From assembly GCF_963921235.1 (NCBI RefSeq), contig NC_086097.1, positions 159,590,001-159,654,000 of the forward strand: a DNA stretch of 64,000 nt, read 5' to 3'. This DNA is from Mobula hypostoma. Lineage: Eukaryota. Of this stretch, positions 36,925 to 47,718 are shown one piece after another (positions within the stretch are counted from its first letter, which is position 1; every line of letters starts with the position of its first letter). The translations under genes and the position numbers were made by a program. The notes beneath the pieces were generated by a model. It worked only from the letters and a program-made list of their open reading frames with translations. It did no database searches and was not told the DNA's origin.

Positions 36925-39910
36925 GTTCAAAGTGAATTTATTATCAAAGCACGTGTATGTCACCATATAAAATGCTGAGATTCATTTTCTTGTGGGCATA
37001 CTCAATAAATTCAGACTAGAATAATAACCATAATAGAATCAATGATAGACTTCTTGGATGTTCAACCACTGTTCAAAAGAAAACAAACTGTGCCAACACA
37101 AAGAAAAGAAATAATAATAATAAATAAATATCAAGAATATGAGATGAGGAGTTGTTGAAAGTGAGTCCATAATTTGTGGGAACATTTCAATGATGGGGTA
37201 AGTGAAGTTGAGTGAACTTATCTCATTTGGTTGAAGTGCCTGGCGGTTGAGGAATATAACAGTTCCTGAACCTGATGGTGTGAGTCCTGAGGCTCCTGTA
37301 CCTTCTCCTGATGGCAGCAGTGAGAAGAGAGCATGTTCAAAGCGGCGGGGGTTCCTGATGATAGATGCTACTTTCTGGTGATGGCAGTTTGTGTAGATAA
37401 GGTCAGTGGTTGGGAGGGCTTTACCTGTGATGGACTGGGCTATATCCACCACTTTTTGTGGGAGTTCCCATTCAAGGGCATTGGTGTTTCCTTACCAGGC
37501 TGTGATGCAGCCAGTCAGTATACTCTCCACTACACATCTATAGAAGTTTGTCGAAGTTTTGGATGTCATGCTGAAACTGCAAAACCCCATGGAGTAAAGG
37601 CACTGCAATGCTTTCTTCGTGATTGCGCTTGCGTGCTGGGCCCAGGGCAAGGCCTCCAAAATAGTAACACTGAGAAATGTAAAATTGCTGATCTAATCTA
37701 CTTTTGATCTGCCAATGAAGACTGGCTCATGGACGTCTGGTTTCCTTCTCCCAAAGTCAATAACCAGTTTCTTGGTTTGCTGACATTGAGTAAGAAATTG
37801 TTGCTTTGGCACCACTCAGCCAGATTTTTAATCTCCCTCCTATATGCCAATTCATCACAACTCTGAATTTGCCCTACAACAGTTGTGTCATAATATGAAA
37901 TATATTTCATCAGCAACCTTAGAAAACACATCATCGCTGTGGATGTAAGTGCTATTGGATGATAATCACTGAGGCAGATCACCACATTCTTCTTAGGCAC
38001 TGGTATAATTGAAGCCTGCCTGAAGCTGATGGGTACTTTAGATTACCAAAGTGAGAGGTTAAAGATATCAGTGAACACTCCAGCCAGATGATCAGCACAA
38101 GTTTTTAGTACTTGCCTAGGTAGCTTGTCTGGGATGGATGCTTTTCATAGTTTTGCCCTCCTGAAGGCTGCTCGCATATCAGCCTCAGAGAATGAAATCA
38201 CGGGATCATTGGGGCTGTGCAAGTTTGTGATAGCTCCTCCATGATTTGACAGTCAAAGTGAGGATAGAAGTCATTGAGCCCATCTGCCTGTGTCACTTGA
38301 TATAACGTAAGAGGTGATAGTATTCAAGCCCTGCCACAACTGTCAAACATTTATCGTTGATCCAACTTTAGTCCAGAATTGCCACTTTGTCCGCGAGATG
38401 GCTTTCCAGGGATCGTACCTGGACCTTTTGTAACTTTCTTGATCACGAGACTTGAATGCCTCTGATCCATTCCTCTACCTCCAACAACCACCTGTGTTGT
38501 CCTAAACTCTGGAGCTTTGCTCTTTAGCCTCTGTCTGTATGCAGTTAGGAGAAGGACAGCCAAGTGATCAGATTTACTGAAATGCAGTTTGGGCATAGAA
38601 CCATAAGCATTCCTTATCTTAGTATAACAGTGATCTGGAGAGGAGAAGATGGCAGCGCGACGCAGCGCGCATGGCCTCTCCGGTGAATGATATCTGTATT
38701 TGTCAAGTAGGACGCCGTGCACAATCCTGATTTGATGGAGACAGACATGAGAAGCACGGAGGAACACCTGGAGAAACTTCTGAAATGCCCGCTTCGTTGC
38801 TGCTGCTACTGTGCGATCGAGAATCTCCGGAGGGGAAGGCCCCGAATCCTCGGGTTTGCCTGTTGCTTAGCAGCTGGGGCAGGGTCAAAGCGCTCGGCAG
38901 AGATGGTGCTCGGTGCTCGGTGTCGGATGGCTGGTCGGAGGCTCGAAGTTTTTGGTCGGACTCAGAGTCGGCTGTGGTCGGGTGCTTCCAGGGTGCTGCA
39001 TCGGCAAGTTTGCGGCGCTGGAGGTTCATGGCAGGGAGAGTTTTCTTCCTTCTACCGTCTGCGTGAGATGATGGGACTTTCAAGACTTTGAGACTTTTTT
39101 ACCATGCCCATGGTCTGTTCTTTATCAAATTACGGTATTGCTTTGCACTGTTGTAACTATATGTTATAATTATGTGTTTTTTGTCAGTTTTTTAGTCTCG
39201 GTCTGTCTTGTGTTTCTGTGCTATCATACAGGAGGAACATCATATCATTTCTTAATGCATGCATTACTCATGACAATAAACAAGGACTGCATGTCCTCAT
39301 AATCTAATCTAATCTAATGTTGGGACTTCTGGTGCTACAGGTTATATGCTGATGGTAATTGGGCAGGGTTTTCTCCAAACAAGCCTGACTGAAGTCCCCA
39401 ATTATGATTTAAAATGCATCAGGATGAACTGTTTCCCGTTTCAAGATGATATCATGCAGTATCTCAAGCACTTGATTATAGTCAGCTGGTGGTGGTATGT
39501 AAACAGGATTATAGGTGGGAACTCCCCGGGTAAATAGGATTGATAGCATTTGACAGTTTGGTGTTCAAGGTTGGGAGAGCATGAGTTTAACAAAACTACC
39601 ACATTGCAGCACCACAGCGAGTATATCATGAAGCACTCACCTCCACTTATTGCCTTTTCTGAATCAGCAGTTTGGTCCATTCAGTAGATCAAGAAGTCTG
39701 ACTGCTGTATCGGACGTTTTAGGAGAAAGCCATGTTTTGCTCATTGAACATAAAAATCTCTCATTTCCCTCTGATGCAGCAATCTTGCCCCCAGGTCCTC
39801 AGTTTTGTTCTCCAGCGACTGCACGTATGTGAACAAGATGCTGAGTAGAGGAGGCTTCATCTCCCTGTGTTTCAGACTGGCTTGGAGTTGCCCCTCCTGC
39901 CTCGCTTCCA
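36925..39910 (-). mobile_element. Near full-length, decayed Rex1/Babar LINE, interrupted at 38636-39317
   Basis: 'KRGRRG..SILFTYVQSLENK' near 39800-39910. Also 'DHCYTKI..SDHLAVLL', 'CLSDYHPIALTS' and 'HALFSLLPSG'. Tail near 36925. Confidence 0.82.
38636..39317 (+). mobile_element. Non-autonomous ~680-bp retroposon, no Pol III boxes seen
   Basis: Starts GGAGAGGAGAAGATGGC and has a CpG-rich body. Ends with AATAAA and an (AATCT)n tail. It cleanly interrupts the APE 'TLDHCY' codons of the host LINE. A second copy lies at 29111-29435. Confidence 0.88.
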
Positions 39911-41196
39911 ACAATGGCGATGAACCTTCATCTGCTTATAGGTGCCGTACCTGCTTTGTTGCCAAGTGCAGTGCATGTACAGTGTTTCCTGCATATTATT
40001 AATTAATTTTCAGCTAAATGGGAATGATTCTTCACAATTTGGAATGGCTGAATGCTATTCAAAGAATCATAAAAATACAAAGACTACTTAGAGCACCGAA
40101 CCTGCAAAGTTCTTGGATCAACAACCGAGACATTTTTATCCCTCACTACTTTTCCCATTGCCTGGCAACTTTATTCTTTTTCCATTGCTGATCCACTTCC
40201 CTCATGAAAGCTGCAACTGTATCTGCTTTCATCACCCATTGAAATGGTATATTTGTATTCAAATAAATTTTATTCATAATTGAAAATATTTACAAAAATC
40301 AACCATGCAATAACTTTTCATTCAGAGATTCATAGACAATGCTTTCAATACTATTCTGCTACATACTGTAAAACCATTAGGACTGTTCCTACTCAAGTGG
40401 CCCCCTCTGGTTATACACTACTGTAGTAATTGAGGAGCTCCCTCCGTCTCCAGTAGCAGAAGAACTGTATACTGTAGTCCTTCCCTTTCAGACAGTAAGT
40501 TCAGATCTTACATACTTACTACACAAAGAAGTGTTTCCTCTGACCATCCATCCCTGCTTTATTTTAACTGCAAATCATCTTAAATTTGTGTTCTATTGTT
40601 AATCTTCCTTGGAGGGATATGAGCCCATCAGCATACATAAGCACTTAAATACTTAAATTAGATAAACCTAAGATAGTAACTTCGTAGGTCAGCATAAGGA
40701 TAATTTTTCCTGATTTGTAATTTGCATGATCACTTACTTGAATGCATGAAAATTTAAGTGGTCACCAAATTAATATAGCAGGAATCCATGGCTGAACTTC
40801 TATTTTATACATTATTGCAAAAATTCTGTCATAAAATCTACTCCACTATAAATAAAGACACATATGCATCTCATAAACAGTGAGAGTTCTTGAAATTGAA
40901 GAAACAAACAAAGCTCAGAAATATGAATTCTATTAAAAAAGTCACTACTGTATCTGTCTGCGAATAACACACTTGAATGTGACCGGTTTGATAAAAGTTA
41001 GATTTTTCTCCCCTTTACCTACACGAATCAGCACACAGCGCAATGCTGGAATTATTCAGTTTGATTATAGGTCTCTGTCAATTTTCTTGATTGAATTTTT
41101 AAAAATCACTTTTCATTATTTCCTCCCAATGATTAGATAAACTGATTTCACGGAGGAAATAGACAGTGCAATCTCTTGAAATTTTATTCGCTAGCC

Positions 41197-41276
41197 CAGA
41201 GGTTCCCAAACTTGTTTATGCCATGGAACCTTACCATTAGCCAAGGGGTCTGTGGACCCCAGGTTAGAAACCCCTG
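41197..41276. mobile_element. 80-bp hAT (Charlie-like) MITE
   Basis: TIRs CAGAGGTTCCCAAACT / AGGTTAGAAACCCCTG. The 8-bp flanks CGCTAGCC and CTTTAGCC match at 6/8. Confidence 0.75.
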
Positions 41277-41355
41277 CTTTAGCCCTTTGCTAAGAATTAC
41301 CATACATGATATGCCTTTTGTAACAAAAGCAACTGTTGGATGTAAAATCATCGTA

Positions 41356-41850
41356 CACTCAGTGGCCATTTTATTAGGTTGCTCCTATACATTAAAAAGG
41401 TGGCCACTGAGCATAATATCGTTATCATCTGCTGCTGTAGTCCATCCACTTCAAGGTTCAATGGGTTGTGCATTCTGCACACTTATGTTGTAACATGTAG
41501 TTACTTGAATTACTCATACCTTCCTGTCAACCTGAACCATTCCACCCAGTTTCCTCTGACCCCTTTCATTAACAAGCATTTTGTTAAAGACTATTGTGCC
41601 TAAAAAAAATCCAGGAGATCAGAGTTTCTGACATACTTAAACCACCCCAAATGTTACCAACAATCATTCCACAGTCAAAGTCATTTAGGTTACATGTCTT
41701 CCCCATTCTGATATTTGGTCTGAACAACAACTGAAGCTCTTGACATGTCTGTATACTCTTATGCACTTTGTTTTCACAGGATTGGCTGATGACATATTTG
41801 CATTTAAAAAGTAGGTGTACAGGTGCACCAAGTAAAGTGCCTGCTGAGTG
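41356..41850 (-). mobile_element. Tc1-like non-autonomous DNA transposon
   Basis: TA-CACTCAGTGGCCA...CTGAGTG-TA termini. Remnant transposase N-terminus 'MGKTCNLNDFDCGMIVG..GLSMSET'. Confidence 0.82.
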
Positions 41851-41984
41851 TATCTGTATATTGTCAAAATTAGCACTTGTTCATTAAAACAAGAAATGAC
41901 TGTTGCTAAAATTGGATATGTTAGAAATCTGAAATAAAAACGAAGTGATGAAAACACTCAACAGGCCAGATAGTATCCATGTCA

Positions 41985-43605
41985 GTGGGCTATATCTCAA
42001 ATAACAATGAGGTAGAATGCGGGAAGGAAATAGAGAGCCTGGTGACATGGTGTCACGACAATAACCTCTCTCTCAATGTCAGCAAAACAAAATTGCTGGT
42101 CATTGACTTTAAGAAATGGGTAGTCCACACACTCCTGTATACATCAGTGATGCTAAAGTCCAGATGGGTGAGAGCTTCGAGTTACTAGAAGTAGACATCT
42201 CCAGTAGCCTGTGTTGGCCCAAATATATGAACGCCACAGCCAAGGAAATGTACAAGCCCCTTTATTTTCTCAAGAGACTAAAGGAATTTATCATATCCCT
42301 ATTGACTCCTATTTTCTAGGCATCCGTTAGTCTCGTGAGACCATAGATTTGCGCCTTGGAAGGTTTCCAGGGCACAGGCCTGGGCAAGGTTGTATGGAAG
42401 ACCAGCAGTTGCCCATGCAGCAAGTCTCCCTTCTCCACGCCACCGATGTTGTCCAAGGGAAGGGCATTAGGACCCATACAGCTTGGCACGGGTGTCGTCG
42501 CAGAGCAATGTATGGTTAAGTGCCTTGCTCAAGGACACACACACTGCCTGAGCCAAGGCTAGAACTAGCGACCTTCGAATCACTAGACAAATGCTTTAAC
42601 CACTTGGCAACGTGCCAGCACTGACTCCTATTAATTTTTATTAATAGGCATCATAGAAAGCCTACCATTTGGATGCTTGACAGATTGGTATGGCAACTGC
42701 TTTGCACATAACTGCAAAAAAAAATACTGCTGCAAATTGTGAACACAGCTCTCTGCTCTATGGACTCTGTCTACACTTCTTGCAACTTTAGTAAAGCAGT
42801 CAGCATAATCATAGACCCCATCCACCCTGGATATTCTCCCTCTTCCCCTCTTCCTTTGAGCAGGAGATACAAGAGCTTGTACAATAAGATTTTTGGCCTC
42901 ACAATCTACCTTGTCATGATCTTGCACTTTATTGTTTACCTGTACTGAATTCCTTTCGAAACTTTTGCACTGTATTCTGCATTGTTATTCTTTTACCTTA
43001 TTCTAGCTCAATGTATCATGTAATAATTTGATCTGTATGAATGACATGCGAGACCAGCTTTTCACTGTATCTTGTACATGTGACAATAATAAGACAATAC
43101 TTGGACCAATACCATAGAATGCATTCCACCTGGATGCATTACAGCTTGGTTTGGCAACTACTCTGCCCAAGACTGCAACAAAAAACTGCAGAGAGGTGTG
43201 GATGCAGCTCAGCACATCGTGGAAGCTATGCTCCCCTCCTCTGTCTATACTTCTTGCTGCCTAAGTAAAGTAGCCAGCATAATCAAATACCTCACCCATG
43301 CCAGATATTCTCCCTTCTCCTCTCTCCCATTGGGCAAAAGGTACAAAAGCCTGAAAGCAAGTACCACTGGGTTCAAGGACAGCTTTTGTAAGGCTGTTAT
43401 AAGACTTTCGTCCTCACAATCTACCTCTTTGTGGCCATATACCTGTTAAATACTTGCACTGCACTTTCTCTATAACTCTAACACTATATTCTGCATTTTG
43501 CTGTTGTTTTACCTTTATGCTATCTCATTGTACTGACGTGATGAAATGATTTGTATGGAAATTATGCATAAAAAGTCTTTCACTGTACATGTGACAATAA
43601 TGAAC
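41985..43605 (+). mobile_element. Two adjacent decayed Rex1/Babar 3' fragments, the first split by a SINE
   Basis: '[15 protein letters not shown]', 'DSVYTSC..KAVSII.DP.HPG' and 'FKDSF..AVIRL'. Two 'gtgacaataat' 3' ends. Confidence 0.8.
42314..42621 (-). mobile_element. tRNA-headed SINE with CORE-like middle, copy 2
   Basis: Similar to 26908-27215. 11-bp TSD TGACTCCTATT at 42303-42313 and 42622-42632. Confidence 0.88.
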
Positions 43606-43877
43606 CAAATTAATTTTTTCATGTAGTTTTCTCTCTGACTAACAGCTACTAAGAGATAAACTTTTGTTTTAGAACTTATGTCCTTCCAAACCCATGTTTT
43701 CTTGCAATATAGCCAACCTGTGAACTACAGAGAGATAGAGATAATTTCTGAAATTCTTTTATGAGGAGGGAATGAAGGATTTAAACCCTTTTTCAAAAAC
43801 ATACATTAAATAATTTGAAGCCTGTTTTAGAGTGCCATTACTTGTTCTAGTTCAAAATACAGAGAAAGAATATACAA

Positions 43878-44102
43878 AGACACAAGAGATTCTGCAGATA
43901 CTAGAAATCCAACACAACACACACAAAACGCAGGAGGAACACAGCAGGTCAGGCAGCATCCATGGAAATAAACAAACAGTTAACATGTCAGCTGAGGCCA
44001 TTCTTCAGGAGAAGAGAAAGATCTCAATCCAAAACATTGACTGTTCATTTTCATGGATGCTGCCTGACCTGCTGTGTTCCTCCAGTATTTTGTGTGTGTT
44101 GC
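43878..44102. repeat. Head-to-head inverted pair of Penelope-like tails (palindrome)
   Basis: 'aacacacacaaaacgcaggaggaacacagcaggtcaggcagcatccatg' against 'catggatgctgcctgacctgctgtgttcctccagtattttgtgtgtgtt'. Confidence 0.85.
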
Positions 44103-45440
44103 TTTGGAGGAGAATACCATTTCAATGATGATTCTCTTTCATATCACTGGCAAAAGTTAAGTATAACTTTCTCATAGAGAATATTCACGTGGATAAATAT
44201 TGACTTTGATTGAGTCCTATATTAATACTTATGTTGTATGTTCTAAGTCGCCAAACAGCCTCCAATCCATTTTTGTTTAATTTGGACCTTCTATTACCTA
44301 CATGAAATAGGTGGGGACCTCATTAGTCAGTATATTTTGAGGTCAAAATTTCCAGATGCCAGAAGTCTAACTAGAAATGCCTGGCAAGTCAGACAGCATT
44401 AGTGGAAGGTGCAGCAGAGTAAGTGTTTTGCATCCTTCATCCTAATTGGGACAGTGAGAAGCCTTTGTTGGAGTAGAGCTGTTATTTGATGCTCTAGCTC
44501 TTTGCGGCTTTAGCGAACAGAGGCTTGAGTGAAAGAAAGCAAAAATGATTGAGTGAGAGAAGGAGAAAAAGCTGAAGGTCAATTTTTTCTGAGTTCATTT
44601 ATTGCTTCCTTCCTTATATTTGCACAGTTAGAACAGTTAGGGATACTAGGCAGGATAGTTGAAAGCACCTTTTGGAGGATGTGGAAAGGCTAGAAGACCT
44701 CCAGTGTCTCTGATGTCTGCTCCTGTGAGAAGTGCATCAAGCTGCAGCTTCTAGCACTCCAAATTAAGGAGTTGGAGCTGGAAGTGGATGAAACTTGGAT
44801 CATTTGGGAGGCTGACGGGGTGATAGAGTGGTAGTTACACTCAAGGTCCAGGACACAGGAAACTGAGTGACAGTCAGGAGGGTGAAACAGGTAAATAGCC
44901 TGTGCAGATCACCACTGTGTCCATCACCCTCAACAACAGGTACCACTGTAGATACTGTTGAGGCGAGGATGACCTAGCAGACAAAGTCACAGCAACCAGG
45001 TCTCTGTGGCTCAGAAGGGAAGGGGTGAGAAGAGGCGAGTTGTGGTGATAAGGGATTAGTTAGGTAGGGGAACAGAAAGGAAGTTCTGTGGACAAGAATG
45101 AGAATCCTGGATGGTACGTTGCCACCTGGGTGCCAGGATCTAGGCCATCTCAAATTGAGATCTTGGTGTTCTTAAGTGGGAGAAAGATCAATTTTGATGG
45201 TATCAGAAAGGATCTGGCAGGTGTGAAATGGGACAGGCTGTTTACTGGCAGAAGTGTACTTGGTAAGTGGGAGGCCTTCAAAAGTGAAATTTTGAGGGTG
45301 CAAAGCTTGTTTGTCAGAATAAAAGGTAAAAATAAAGGGTTTAGGGAAGATTGGTTTTCGAGAGATGTCGAGGCCCTGGTTGAGAAAAAAAGAGGTGCAT
45401 CATAGGTATAGGCAGGTAGGGACAAATGAGTTACTTTTGG

Positions 45441-46168
45441 AATAGAATAGAACTTCATGGTCATTGTTCAAGACGTAGAGATTGTGATGCTACTCCAGTC
45501 TGTGCAAAACAGATATTTACGATGGATACAGTATGGCTTAATTAAAATAAATGAATAAATAATCCCATATTTATATGCAACAAATGACTTCAATAGTCCA
45601 TTACGCTCAAAGGGCTGGGTGCGACATTATACAGCTCCCCAATAGCCCTCGGAAAGAACCTGTTGATCAGTCTTTCTGTCTTGGCTAAGATGTTTCTGTA
45701 TCTCCTACCAGATGGCGGGAGGTTGAACAGACAGTGTCCAGGATGGGATTGGTCTTTAATGATGTTGTGAGCATGTTGTAGGCATTGAAAGTTGTAGATT
45801 GTCTCCAAGTCAAGTAGTTGAGTCCCAATGATGTGCTGAGCTGTCCTAATCACCCACTGGAATGCTTTGAGATCTGCTTTACTGCAGCTAGAGTACCAAA
45901 TGACATTCCTTATTAAAATATGCTATCTATCACACATTGATAAAAGTTGGCCATCTTTTTTTGAGACAGGTTAGCTCTCCTTAAGCACCTCAGGTAGTAT
46001 TGTCACTGTTGGACCTTTCTTACTATCGAGGTTTTGTTGATGGCCCAAGAGAGCTCTTCAGTGATATTCATCTCCAAAAACCTGAAACTGGAGACCTTTC
46101 CCACTACTTCATCATTTATGAATAGTAGGGATTTCTTCCTTTCTTGAAGACAAATATCATTTCTTTTT
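45441..46168 (-). mobile_element. Rex1/Babar 3' fragment nested in CR1
   Basis: 'IIKDQSHPGHCLFNLPPSGRRYR..KTERLINRFFPRAI' and a (CTATT)n tail. Confidence 0.82.
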
Positions 46169-46559
46169 TCTAAGAAATGCAAGAGAACACTTCAGAAAGA
46201 AATCACAAGGGTAAAAGGAAGGCATGAGGCTGCCTTAGTAGAAAAGGTGAAGAAGAAGCCTAAGGGATTTTACAGATATGTTAAGAGCAATGGTCAAAAT
46301 TCGTCCTTTGCAAGTTCAGAATGCTAATCTATGCATATAACCAAAAGAGATGGGGAGATCTTAATTTGAATTTTTTGCATTTCTATTTACACAGGAGATG
46401 GACATTCAGTTTATAGAAGTGAGGCAAGGCACTAGTGAGGTCATGGACCCTATACAGATTACAGAGGAGGAGCTTCTTACAGTCTTGAGGCAAATTAGGG
46501 TGGATAAATCCTTAGACCTGACAAGGTGTTCCCTCAGACTCTTTGGGAGGCAAGTGCAA

Positions 46560-47718
46560 CTGAGGATGGGGTTTTCCATTCCAGGTCATCTCAAATGTCC
46601 TCTTTCTTTAAGGATCGTGGTTTCCCTTCTGCTGTCATCAACGATGCCCTCACCCGCATCTCGTCCATTTCCCGCACTTCGGCCCTCACCCCATCCTCCG
46701 TCACCACAACAGGGACAGAGTTCCCCTTGTCCTCACCTATCACCCTACTAGCCTCCGGATCCAACACATTACCCTCCGCAACTTCCGCCACCTTCAACAG
46801 GACCCCACCACTAAACACATCTTTCCCTCTCCACCCCTCTCCGCCTTCCGCAGGGATCGGTCCCTCCGCGACTCCCTGGTCCACACGTCCCTCCCCACGG
46901 ATCTCCCACCTGGCACTGATCTCTGTAAGCGCAAGTGCTACACCTGTCCCTACACCTCCTCTCTTGCCACCATTCAGGGCCCCAAACAGTCCTTCCAAGA
47001 GAGGCAACACTTCACTTGTGAGTCTGTTGGGGTCATCTATTGCATCCGGTGCTCCCGATGCAGCCTCCTCTACATCGGTGAAACCCGACGCAGATTAGGG
47101 GACCGCTTCGTCGAGCATCTCCGCTCAGTCCGCCAATACAGACAGGATCTCCCAGTAGCCACCCACTTCTACTCTGCTTCCCACTCCCATTCAGATATGT
47201 CCATACATGGCCTCCTCTACTGCCATGATGAGGCTAAACTCAGGCTGGAGGCGCAGCACCTCATATACCGTCTAGGTAGTCTCCAGCCCCTTGGTATGAA
47301 CATAGAATTCTCCAACTTCTGGTAATTCCCTCCCCCTCCCTTCCCCTATCCCTATGTCACTCTGCCCCTCCCCTAGCTGCCTATCACCTCCCTCTTGGTT
47401 CCGCCTCCTTCTACTACCCATTGTGTTTTCCCCTATTCTTTCTTCACCTTTCCTGCCTATCACCTCCCTGCCTCCCTTCCCCCACCCCTTTATCTTTCCC
47501 CTTACTGGTTCTTCACCTGGAACCTACCAGCTTTCTCCTTCCCACCCTCCCCCCACCTTCTTTATAGGGCCTCTGCCCCTTCGCTCTTCAGTCCTGACGA
47601 AGGGTTCCAGCCCGAAACGTCGACCGATCTTTTCCACGGATGCTGCCCGACCTGCTGAGTTTCTCCTGCATGTTGTGAGTGTTGCTTTGACCCCAGTATC
47701 TGCAGATTATTTTGTGTT
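46560..47718 (+). mobile_element. 5'-truncated Penelope-like element (RT thumb, GIY-YIG, terminal repeat)
   Basis: Encodes 'GVIYCIRCSRCSLLYIGETRRRLGDRFVEHL'. Hammerhead at 47589-47626. 5-bp TSD TGCAA (46555-46559, 47719-47723) within the CR1 host. Confidence 0.92.
47589..47626 (+). ncRNA. Minimal type-I hammerhead ribozyme motif (best-preserved copy)
   Basis: cagtc-CTGACGA-A-GGGtt-cc-aGCCC-GAAA-CGTC-gaccg. The catalytic core is intact, with stem II, stem I (gtc/gac) and a GUC triplet. Confidence 0.8.

Noticed and set aside
38717..39091. 124-aa ORF as a host gene
   Set aside because: It lies wholly within a repeated retroposon and has no recognisable domain.
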